From the IMG/VR virus record IMGVR_UViG_3300037826_000057, positions 13,054 to 77,053 of that record: 64,000 nt of DNA. The stretch is one strand, 5' to 3'. A program made the position numbers and the translations under genes. The notes beneath the pieces are model-generated. The model saw only the letters and a program-made list of their open reading frames with translations, did not search any database and was not told the origin of the DNA. Position 1 is the first letter of the stretch. Every line of letters begins with the position of its first letter. Source of the stretch: a virus. Below are positions 55,576 through 64,000 of this stretch, piece after piece.

Positions 55576-56252
55576 ACAGCTCCAGGTACCAATCAGGGGG
55601 CGTGGGGTTCATGTCTTCCCACTGTTTCCATTTTGGTTCACCATAGGTAATAAATTCGCCCACGTTCTCGCCAATGACAAGCACGTAGCGGTTGGGAATC
55701 TGTGCCTCGTAATCAACTAAGTTATTCCAAACCTGGTCAAGAGCGACAATATCAGCGCCATACCAATTGTCCATCCAACCAGTTTCATAAATCTCCCTAA
55801 TACCTTCACGATAAGCAAACTTGCTGGAGTCAGAATCCTGGTGCCGACCGCCAAACTGCGTAATCGGGCCTAGACCTCTGCGCGTTCCAACAACTGCCCT
55901 AACACTACCGACCTTATAACGAATCTCGTCAATAGCGTTTCGGAGCATTGTATCAGTTAAGTTAGCGCCAGCCGTATAATTATCGGGAGTATTGCTACCA
56001 TCCCAAATATTAGCTAACGCTGTGAAAACACGATTCACATAAAAATCCTGCAACTTAGCCTGCATTTCCCGACGAATGTCGGCAACCGTACCAAGCTCAC
56101 CGGATTCCAGTTCCCACAAATTAGCCTTAACCTTAATATCAGCTCCGTCCAGCATGTAGTTCACACGGTCTTCAACCGTAATCTCGCTAGCCAGGTGCAC
56201 CGAACCAGGAACCAAGGTTCTAACCTCAATACCCTTACGCACCTTCTTTACT
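55505..56252 (-). CDS. Major capsid protein exon 2 (55576-56252), reading through into the intron-borne C-terminus (55505-55575)
   Basis: Follows portal, protease and decoration genes; no RBS of its own; joins exon 1 in frame (GDAL-VKKVRKG) to give 304 aa. Confidence 0.85.
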
Positions 56253-57091
56253 CAATTTTGTTACTCTATCTAATGATAGGAGCAAGATATTTCTACTTGC
56301 CTCTGCATATTACTATACAGTTCGGACTATCTCATCACCTCTATTCGGAGGGTTTACCGTATGGATATAATTTATATTCAAAACTGGGTAATATGTAGTC
56401 TTTAATACCATTAATAAACCTGTCGTAACTTGTACTTCTCAAAATTAAATAGTATTTAATTCCTGTTTTACTTTGAGAGTGTTTTCTTACATTGAACTCT
56501 AAATTTAACTTGTTTTTGATTGTTCTTTTTAGTAACCAATTATTAGCATAATCATGACTTAATGTTGCTAAAGTTACTACTGGTGTACATTCATAATGTT
56601 TGTCTTTATAGTATCTGTCAGTTCTAACATTACTTCCATCATCCATAAATAGTATAGCCAGCGATTCCCAATCAAATAATTTCAAATAATGTGTATCAAA
56701 TACTTTGTGGTTATAATGGTATAATCTTGTTCTTACTTTTGTATATAGTGGGTGGGTATGTGTTGTCGTTTTAAGAATGTTTTTTCGTCCCTTTCGGGAT
56801 TCATTTATTGTGTAGAGATTTACATTTGTGATATTTTCTAAAATGTTTTTTCTCCACTCTGCATAATCTCTATGGTCATCTGTTACTGTTGCTTCAAAAC
56901 GACAATTTTTACCGTGGTAGTATACACCGCCATCACCATAACAAAATGCAACTACATATTTTAAAAGTTCTTTTTTATCCATAGTCTCTACACCTCTCAT
57001 AACGAGTTGGCACGGGATTGTCCACTTGGGAGTTTCCCCGTTTTTAGGTAAATTTTCTATAATAATTACTTATTAAAGCCCCAATAAGTTT
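56253..57091 (-). mobile_element. Group I intron 1 in the major capsid gene (839 nt)
   Basis: P1 GCCCU/GGGGC with U-G; P2 UAAUAA-GUAA-UUAUUA; P AAAACGGGGAA; Q AAUCCCGUG; R UAGAGACUA; S GAUAGUCC; terminal G at 56253; splicing restores the frame. Confidence 0.9.
56341..57000 (-). CDS. Intron-encoded LAGLIDADG homing endonuclease
   Basis: AFCYGDGGV and LAILFMDDGS, ending ILPSFEYKL; lies between the R and S elements; likely start at MDKK (56982). Confidence 0.88.
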   Translation of the reverse strand: MRGVETMDKKELLKYVVAFCYGDGGVYYHGKNCRFEATVTDDHRDYAEWRKNILENITNVNLYTINESRKGRKNILKTTTHTHPLYTKVRTRLYHYNHKVFDTHYLKLFDWESLAILFMDDGSNVRTDRYYKDKHYECTPVVTLATLSHDYANNWLLKRTIKNKLNLEFNVRKHSQSKTGIKYYLILRSTSYDRFINGIKDYILPSFEYKLYPYGKPSE

Positions 57092-57258
57092 AGGGCATCG
57101 CCGGGTTCGAGACGCCGGGTGTCCAGCATCAAACCGACAATATTTTCTGTTACATGCCGTGGGTCAATATATTCCGTGATAAGGGAGGCCAAAGCATCGC
57201 GCTTGTTCTTATCCTGCGCCATTGCAGCATAAGCCTTCTTAAATTTCTTCTTATTCAC
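57092..57258 (-). CDS. Major capsid protein exon 1
   Basis: AGGAGG RBS, GTG start; ends at the U of the P1 U-G pair. Confidence 0.85.
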
Positions 57259-57268
57259 TTTTTACCTC

Positions 57269-57850
57269 CTACGGGGCCAATGTTCTGAACGTTAGAGCGT
57301 AAGTGTCACTGTCAAAACGCTCCGTAACAGCGACCGCGTCTTTACCATTCTGAGTGACAGTCAACTTGCCTGCGTTCGCCTCGCTTTCATTTGAAGCGTC
57401 AGCAGCATACAAGGACGTACCAGGTGTCTGCATAGAAGCGTCGTAGATATACTGACCGGAAGGAACAGTATAAACTCCGCCGCCCATAGCCAAAGCCTGG
57501 TGTCCGCTCGGAATAGTCACACTCTCCTGATACCCTGGATAAGTGAGATAAATCGTCTTACCAGTAACAGGCGCATTGGTATCCCGATCAAATGTCTGCC
57601 GCAAACCATACGAATAGCTTGGCCAATACACAATCGGTGTTTCACGATTATCAACTGGCCACGTCAGAACATACTTTGCCTCACTAGCTTCAGAAGCATC
57701 ATCAGGCAACTTCACACCGGGAACATCCTCAAGACGCCCCGTTAGGTCACTATTGTAACCAGGGTGGGAGGTAAACAGAACCATGCGACCTTCAGTAATA
57801 TCTTCGGTCGTCACGACTCCAGTAACATCAGACTGCTTGTTAATTTCCAT
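57269..57850 (-). CDS. Putative head decoration / minor capsid protein
   Basis: Lies between the scaffold and capsid genes. Confidence 0.6.
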   Translation of the reverse strand: MEINKQSDVTGVVTTEDITEGRMVLFTSHPGYNSDLTGRLEDVPGVKLPDDASEASEAKYVLTWPVDNRETPIVYWPSYSYGLRQTFDRDTNAPVTGKTIYLTYPGYQESVTIPSGHQALAMGGGVYTVPSGQYIYDASMQTPGTSLYAADASNESEANAGKLTVTQNGKDAVAVTERFDSDTYALTFRTLAP

Positions 57851-57863
57851 TATGTAACCTCCA

Positions 57864-58991
57864 CTAATCCAATTCTTCGCGCAGACCTTTCAACAGGGCT
57901 TCCTGTGTGGAAAAATCCTGTGGGCCAGAAAGGTCTGGTACATCATTATCGCTAGAAGCAGAAGCTTCCTTAGAACGCACCTTTTCAAGCATCGAGAGCA
58001 TTTCAGCAAAAGCATCCTCGGACATAGTAGCCCAACGGGTAGCCTTTTCCTGAAGCTCTTCGTCAGTTGGTTCATAACCAGCATCTTTCAGCTTTTCTAG
58101 GCGCTCGGAAAGAACCTCTGCTCGACGGTCAGCTTCTTCGCGATCTTGCTTATACTCGCGCAATTCAGCCAACTCGTCTGTAAGCTCTTCATACTCTTCT
58201 TGCAATTCATCTTTTTCATCACTAATAGTATCAAACTGGTCTCTTAGAGTATTGAGCTTATTTCTAAGTTCTTCAAGTTTTTCCATATCGTCATCTCCAT
58301 CACTAGATTCAGCTTCATCAACACCAAGTAGAGAAAGCATATTTTCATTAGTATCTTCCAACATACTAATAATTTCATTAATAGCATCTTGGTTGAGTTC
58401 CTCTTTCTCAAGAAGCCTACGTAAAGCGGAAATTGCATCAGATTTTTCACTCAAAATCTTATTAATTTCCTTTTCTGTATCTTCATCAATGTTTTTTGAA
58501 GCTACTCTTACAACCGGGGTGCGACCTGCATATGCCGGATTCCCAACAATAGTTGCTGCTCTGAGTACCGGGTCTTGCAACCATTCTACACCATCATCAT
58601 CCATTGAAGATTCAGTGTATGCAAGCTCCCAAGAAATATTAATAGGTTCTCCATTAGAACTCATTTCTTTGAGCATACGGTAATCATTAGGGCGTTCATT
58701 AGCCCAAATAGCAGCGCGTCCATTTACCTGGTTTGATTCTCTCTGGAGTTCAACAATGGGGCCTAAAGGCTTTGCACCTTCGTGCCCACGCTGAATTTCA
58801 TCTTCTGCCATCTTAATTGGCATATGAATTCCTGTATCAACCAGGTAGGATAACTTTTCTGTAGGAATTCCTACATTGTTACCATTAGGTTGGTCATCCG
58901 TAAGAATGAAGTCTAGCCACCCCAGATTGCCGTCATCTAATGAAGCATTAGCTTCAAAACTAGCTTCACTTTCAAACTTTACTCTCTTCAT
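57864..58991 (-). CDS. Prohead protease / scaffold protein
   Basis: GHEGAKPLG, ISWEL and IVGNPAY, then an acidic coiled coil. Confidence 0.75.
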   Translation of the reverse strand: MKRVKFESEASFEANASLDDGNLGWLDFILTDDQPNGNNVGIPTEKLSYLVDTGIHMPIKMAEDEIQRGHEGAKPLGPIVELQRESNQVNGRAAIWANERPNDYRMLKEMSSNGEPINISWELAYTESSMDDDGVEWLQDPVLRAATIVGNPAYAGRTPVVRVASKNIDEDTEKEINKILSEKSDAISALRRLLEKEELNQDAINEIISMLEDTNENMLSLLGVDEAESSDGDDDMEKLEELRNKLNTLRDQFDTISDEKDELQEEYEELTDELAELREYKQDREEADRRAEVLSERLEKLKDAGYEPTDEELQEKATRWATMSEDAFAEMLSMLEKVRSKEASASSDNDVPDLSGPQDFSTQEALLKGLREELD

Positions 58992-60502
58992 TCTTCCTCC
59001 GTTTTATTTCCTTCATCTGGCTCCTGCTGATTCGGCTCTTGCTGGTTTTTACCAACATCTTGTGGTTCTGGACTATATGGTACTGGTGCGTATTCCTTTA
59101 GCCCGTGCTCTTCCATCTTCTCCCTCTCAAGCTTCATACGCTCCATAACCGCATCAAAGTCCAAATTGGCCATTTCAGCAAAATCAGTTCTGGAAATAAT
59201 ACCGTCTTCATAGAGAACCTGCCCCGCGCTGACAAGTTCATCCAAACTCTGCAATCTAATTGGAGGATACTTGGGTTGCGGAATGCCACTTAAACCATTA
59301 CGCTCTTTTATTTCTTCATACAAATATTTTGGGTATTCCAGTAAATCTGAGCGCAATGATTCAATTGTATTAATGGGCGGAAGCATAGCTATTTCTGAGC
59401 TGCTTGTACCACTCCGCATAGTTTCTCCAGAAACTACAATACGCGGAATACCTAATGCAGCCAGAATATCTTCATTTACTGACTGATACTTGGTATCACT
59501 AAGTAGTGTTTTGGTATCTGGAGTCACCCATTCAATATCCAATGTATGGTTACTGAATAGTTGAAAAACTCGTTCCTTATTATACTTCTTACCACGCCAG
59601 CGAATTTGTTTCTTCAAATCTGCGACAATATCTTCGTCACTCTCTGTTAGCGGATACTCGTCATTCCCCAACTTAAATAGTTGAATAGCAGAAATAACCC
59701 GCGCAGCAATTGCATAATCCATTTTCCGTAGATTACGCTTATGCATAAAAAGTTCCAAAGCTGGTTTTAAATATGGAGTAGGATAAACTGAGCCAGATTT
59801 GACATTGCGGCGAATAATTACAGGCGTATTTTCTAATTTAAAATATTCTTTACCCCTATTATTGCGTACCGCATCAACAAAATCTGGGTATTGTTCCTTT
59901 AGAATCTGATAGGTTTCCTTATCTTGAAACCCATCCATATACTCACCTTTATTCTCAATAAAATATCTATCTTCTTCTGATAATTTTACTAAAACTAATA
60001 GACGGTTTGGCAAAGGTGTTTTGCGCAACTCAATACTTTTCGGGTCGCGCAACCAAATACTGGTTGGAACCTCATAAGTACCACGCAACCTTGGGTGAAT
60101 TTGCACACCAGGCACTCTTTCCCAGGTAGCTTCGGGGATAACTAAACCAGACAATAGATATTCTAGAGCCGCGTTTTTTAAAAAACGCTGTAATTCGTCA
60201 TCAACATATTGATAAACCAGTAGCTCATTATCAGAGCAAGTTTTTGGGTCAACATTATAGCCGTTTATACCAATATCAACTTGCTTATTGATAACGTTAT
60301 TTGCGATACCGTCATGCTCATAGAAAAATCTGCACAATTCAATGACTTTTTGGAAGTCATCCGGTACCTCCATTTTATCTATAATGTTTGCATTATCTTC
60401 ACTTAAGCTCCAAGCAGGTGTAAATGCATTTCCGTTATGCGGAGCAAAAGTAGCAGCAAACATGCGTTCTGGTTTATTTTCTTGCTTATTTTCTTTTGGC
60501 AT
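58988..60502 (-). CDS. Portal protein
   Basis: 504 aa after the terminase; CRFFYEHDGI, PYLKPAL and DILAALGIP. Confidence 0.82.
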   Translation of the reverse strand: MPKENKQENKPERMFAATFAPHNGNAFTPAWSLSEDNANIIDKMEVPDDFQKVIELCRFFYEHDGIANNVINKQVDIGINGYNVDPKTCSDNELLVYQYVDDELQRFLKNAALEYLLSGLVIPEATWERVPGVQIHPRLRGTYEVPTSIWLRDPKSIELRKTPLPNRLLVLVKLSEEDRYFIENKGEYMDGFQDKETYQILKEQYPDFVDAVRNNRGKEYFKLENTPVIIRRNVKSGSVYPTPYLKPALELFMHKRNLRKMDYAIAARVISAIQLFKLGNDEYPLTESDEDIVADLKKQIRWRGKKYNKERVFQLFSNHTLDIEWVTPDTKTLLSDTKYQSVNEDILAALGIPRIVVSGETMRSGTSSSEIAMLPPINTIESLRSDLLEYPKYLYEEIKERNGLSGIPQPKYPPIRLQSLDELVSAGQVLYEDGIISRTDFAEMANLDFDAVMERMKLEREKMEEHGLKEYAPVPYSPEPQDVGKNQQEPNQQEPDEGNKTEEE

Positions 60503-60505
60503 ATT

Positions 60506-63244
60506 CTACAAAATCCCCCAACGTGGTTTATAAAGCTCTGGGCGCTGTTGCCATTCAAAACTGTTCAACTCAAATTTTAAATAATATCCAATAACTGCAC
60601 ACAAAAAAGCTGAAAGATTATGGTCTTCACCTTTTCTAATACCACCTCTAGGCGTTGTTGTCCTGAAAACTAACTCGCCAGAAGGCGTGCGCCTGTATGT
60701 AGTTCTCTCTAACTCATTAATAAGACTTTCGTCTTTCCAAGTTAATTTGTAACGATGGTTATTTAACTTAGATTGTAAGAGTTCCATTCCAAATTGTTTA
60801 GCTCTTACCTCAACCTCTTTACCCTCTTCATCAATACCTACTGGTATTGAAGACCTAAATTCAATAGGCACCACCCTTTCTTGATAATGCTTGTGTGAAT
60901 ATTTTGGGTCATTGCGCAAATGCTGTACAACCGCCTTACCTGAATGTCCAGCATCAATCGCTAACATATCTGGACTATAATGAGAATCTAACTTATCTAT
61001 TATACCTTCTTGCTTATGGTAATCAACAGAATTAAGACGAATTCTTGCTAAATATTTCCAGGAATCAGAGCGTTTATAACGATACCAAATTAAAATAATA
61101 GTGGGATCAGTGTAACCTAAATCAATACCAAATATTAACTCAGAAATATTGCGTGGCTTCTTTGGTAGCGCATTAAATAATCTTAGCAGGTAACTTGGGT
61201 CTTTATTTAATTTTTGCCCATAGACTGAACCAGTAAATACATCATAATTACCAATTAACATGCGTTCACGGTCAAACATAGCATAGGATGGTATGCCGTG
61301 TTCACCTAAAATTAAATGCACATAATCTTCACTATCCTTACCACCATACTGTTTCAAATTACGCGCATCCATTTCTTCGGTGTAGCGTGGGTTATCAAAA
61401 GCGGATATACGATGTTTAGTATATTTTTCATCTTTCTGGTCTGCATAATACAGGACATTGTTTTCTCGCAGACCGGTTGGCACACCAGAGACAATTAGCT
61501 GGCTACCTTCTTGCCATTCATTCAAGCAAGGCATTAATTCAGTAAATGTGCCATAGGGGTAAAACCCCGCCTCGTCCAAAAGAATTATTGGGACATGCAA
61601 TCCGACAACATTTGCACCAGTACCAGACTGTCCAGCAATGCGACAATCAATTACCGCCCCATTGTGCAGCTTAATAGTAAAACTCTGTGAATTTATACCA
61701 GTACGCCCTGTATAGTGCTGAAGTAAACTATGGGTTCTATACCAGCGTCTAAGCCTAAGAAAAACCGGTTCAAGATGAACACGGCTAGGTACAGTATATA
61801 CAATTGTTTCATCCCAAAAAGTGTTTAAAGTATACCAAACTAAACGATCAATCAGTGAGACGGTATTGTGGGAGTAAATATCATCAACTACATGGGTATT
61901 ATTTGGATTTACCTCATACCCATAAGTTGTTTTTGTCCCAATAGGCTTAATTCTTTTTACTGGTACCCACCGAATATTAGCTGACTCGAACTTTTCAAAT
62001 AGATCATCTTTGTTTTCAACTTTTTTAGCGGTATAAAAAGTTGGGTAATATCTTAGTTTTCTTTTTCGTGGGGTTCCATTACAGGAATTTGAATCCAGAT
62101 AATAATAGTCGGAATAATTAGATAATGGCAAAACATCTGCTTGGTTAGCTTTGTTCTCTGATGATGACATTAATTTCTCAGCAGACTGTTTTTTTCTTTT
62201 AATAGAAAAGTTAATATTCTCAACAAAATTTTTTACGTTTTTATACCCCTTGATACTCAAACTATGTTTACCGTGATAACCATTATCTGAGAAAGAGTAA
62301 CTGCAAACAATCCCAAATCTTAACAATAAGTGATGTAAGTCTCGAATTAGTAATTCTGACGAAGAACAATAACCTATTTCAGTGTCACACGCCCATCCAT
62401 CACCATCAAATAACGTAGATAAAAATAAAGCAAGGTCTTTTTTCTTTAATTTAAAAAGTTCTCTTGGAATATGCTTATCATAAGAATGTTTATACCTTAG
62501 GTTAAACTCTTCTAATAGTTTATAATAGGCTCCCTTTTTATAATCCCTAGTAGTAAGAAAATACATATTGGCTTGATTGTTATCCAATATCTCTTCTCTT
62601 ACTTCCATACCTTTAGCTTGGGCATATTCATAGATATATTCTTTAAGTTTTTCTTCCGAGGTAGTTATAGAACCAGTTTTATAGGTACCCTCAGATATAA
62701 ATAGTCCTAATATCCTTAAGTCTTCCTCTGGTAAACTGTACTCACCAAAATATGGAAGCTCTTTGGGAACAGCTATTAAATCTCCCTCTTTTAAATCTTC
62801 AGCATTTACCCAGCCCGTATTAGTAAGAAATGGGTGATTGTAGGTGACCTCGGTAGTAAACCCTTTTTTTAGAAAAATCTTTAATACTGGCTGTTCACCA
62901 TTTTCAATAAAAATTGGTTTACTTATTTCTTGTTTCCATTCTCTGTTTATGGATACTATTGTATCTAAAGAATTACCCCACTCCTTAATAGTTTTATATT
63001 CACCAGTCTTGGGGTTTAATATCCTTGCATTTCCACTGAAACATTTTCCAACAGCTCTAGCGCAACACATAGAAACATACTTATTAAAATCACATAGGAA
63101 TTCTTTTTGGTAATCAGTATATTCCCATTCTTCATCCTCTTCATCTAAATCAAAGGAACGAATAAATTCTCCGCACCAGACAGGATGCCTTAATATTTCT
63201 AATAATGCTAATTCCTTTTCACTTAATTTCTCTAATAGTGGCAT
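60506..63244 (-). CDS. terL: Terminase large subunit containing an intein
   Basis: YQ, Walker A ARAVGK|T, Walker B ILLDEA, SGVPTG, nuclease FGIDLG and EDHNLSA. Confidence 0.92.
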   Translation of the reverse strand: MPLLEKLSEKELALLEILRHPVWCGEFIRSFDLDEEDEEWEYTDYQKEFLCDFNKYVSMCCARAVGKCFSGNARILNPKTGEYKTIKEWGNSLDTIVSINREWKQEISKPIFIENGEQPVLKIFLKKGFTTEVTYNHPFLTNTGWVNAEDLKEGDLIAVPKELPYFGEYSLPEEDLRILGLFISEGTYKTGSITTSEEKLKEYIYEYAQAKGMEVREEILDNNQANMYFLTTRDYKKGAYYKLLEEFNLRYKHSYDKHIPRELFKLKKKDLALFLSTLFDGDGWACDTEIGYCSSSELLIRDLHHLLLRFGIVCSYSFSDNGYHGKHSLSIKGYKNVKNFVENINFSIKRKKQSAEKLMSSSENKANQADVLPLSNYSDYYYLDSNSCNGTPRKRKLRYYPTFYTAKKVENKDDLFEKFESANIRWVPVKRIKPIGTKTTYGYEVNPNNTHVVDDIYSHNTVSLIDRLVWYTLNTFWDETIVYTVPSRVHLEPVFLRLRRWYRTHSLLQHYTGRTGINSQSFTIKLHNGAVIDCRIAGQSGTGANVVGLHVPIILLDEAGFYPYGTFTELMPCLNEWQEGSQLIVSGVPTGLRENNVLYYADQKDEKYTKHRISAFDNPRYTEEMDARNLKQYGGKDSEDYVHLILGEHGIPSYAMFDRERMLIGNYDVFTGSVYGQKLNKDPSYLLRLFNALPKKPRNISELIFGIDLGYTDPTIILIWYRYKRSDSWKYLARIRLNSVDYHKQEGIIDKLDSHYSPDMLAIDAGHSGKAVVQHLRNDPKYSHKHYQERVVPIEFRSSIPVGIDEEGKEVEVRAKQFGMELLQSKLNNHRYKLTWKDESLINELERTTYRRTPSGELVFRTTTPRGGIRKGEDHNLSAFLCAVIGYYLKFELNSFEWQQRPELYKPRWGIL
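61865..63043 (-). mobile_element. Intein (393 aa) with LAGLIDADG endonuclease, in the TerL Walker A motif
   Basis: CFSGNARIL, VTYNHPF, LGLFISEG, LSTLFDGDG, ends YSHN with Thr at +1. Confidence 0.92.
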
Positions 63245-63245
63245 A

Positions 63246-63866
63246 TTATTTCATTGGTGGGCCAACGTCTTCTAAATTCTTATTATTTACTATATCCTCT
63301 TCACTTACTACAAACATTTTTTGACAACGCTCACAATTCAGTTCTATTTTATAACTATCTGGATATAAAAACCAGGTCTTTGCGAGTAGCATATTACATT
63401 GTGGGCAGTAAATTTCAGTTAGTCTTTTATCTAAAAAAGCTTTACCGCGCTTCTTTAAATTTTCAATAAAATCTACAACAGTCTCTTGACCAGAATCCTG
63501 GCGTGATTTGCGTGTAATATTTAAATCATCCTGTAAAGAGGAAAGGTCAGATCGCAACCTATGAATCTCTCTGTTAATCTTTCCAAAATTACCCCAAAGA
63601 GATTCTTCTCTAGCCTCTTCTAAATCTTCTTCAAGTTTCTTTAATGTAACAAATGCCCTGGCCAACTCATTTAGAGTTAGACGGTCATTAGCAGTCATGT
63701 TATCTAAGTCATAGTCCTTTTTGAAATCTTCAATGACACTTTTTACAGTTAATGGTTCATTGTCACTGTTTATTTCCTCAACTATTTCCTTTAACTCTTC
63801 ATCCGATTTATCCCTATATTGTGGTAAATTTCTAATTGAATTTACCGTTACCCTACGTTTTGCCAT
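63246..63866 (-). CDS. Putative terminase small subunit
   Basis: Directly upstream of terL; helical, LQDDLNITRKSR, C-terminal CPQC/CERC. Confidence 0.6.
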   Translation of the reverse strand: MAKRRVTVNSIRNLPQYRDKSDEELKEIVEEINSDNEPLTVKSVIEDFKKDYDLDNMTANDRLTLNELARAFVTLKKLEEDLEEAREESLWGNFGKINREIHRLRSDLSSLQDDLNITRKSRQDSGQETVVDFIENLKKRGKAFLDKRLTEIYCPQCNMLLAKTWFLYPDSYKIELNCERCQKMFVVSEEDIVNNKNLEDVGPPMK

Positions 63867-64000
63867 AATTTATAACGAGTTTGCTATCTTATATAATATA
63901 TCTTCTTTATGCTGGAAATAATCCCAGCCCCAGGGGTCAACTGTAAATAATGTTAATCCTAATGCACGATTACCATTTTGCTTATTCCATTTGTTAATTT

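Noticed and set aside
57073-57258. Stand-alone 61-aa gene
   Set aside because: It is capsid exon 1; the last five codons and the stop lie in the intron.

Overview
64 kb of a large tailed dsDNA phage genome, siphovirus-like (major tail and tape-measure proteins, no sheath seen), read in the standard genetic code with GGAGG ribosome-binding sites and sigma70-type promoters. There are four blocks. (1) 1-8.6 kb (+): DNA metabolism genes (PD-(D/E)XK nuclease, intein-containing metallophosphoesterase, primase, dUTPase and a degenerate paralog, two DNA methyltransferases, class II ribonucleotide reductase). (2) 8.8-18.1 kb (-): a phiEco32-like peptide-ligase operon (amidoligase, class II glutamine amidotransferase, ATP-grasp, COOH-NH2 ligase) with a RuvB-like ATPase coupled inside it. 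(3) 18.3-30.7 kb (+): three tRNAs and small early-type genes in promoter-gene-terminator cassettes, separated by repeat-rich spacers that share a TAAYGAACC motif and alternating purine-pyrimidine tracts, plus a candidate structured RNA. (4) 30.7-64 kb (-): the virion module (terminase with intein, portal, protease/scaffold, major capsid, tail genes with a -1 frameshift), with three glycosyltransferase and two sulfotransferase genes among the head-completion genes. The most striking observation is that the major capsid gene holds two group I introns, and the second carries its own in-frame diverged copy of the last exon in its P1 loop. Spliced and unspliced mRNA would therefore both give a full-length capsid protein, differing at 5 of the last 23 residues. 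All product calls are from motifs read by eye; no searches were run.
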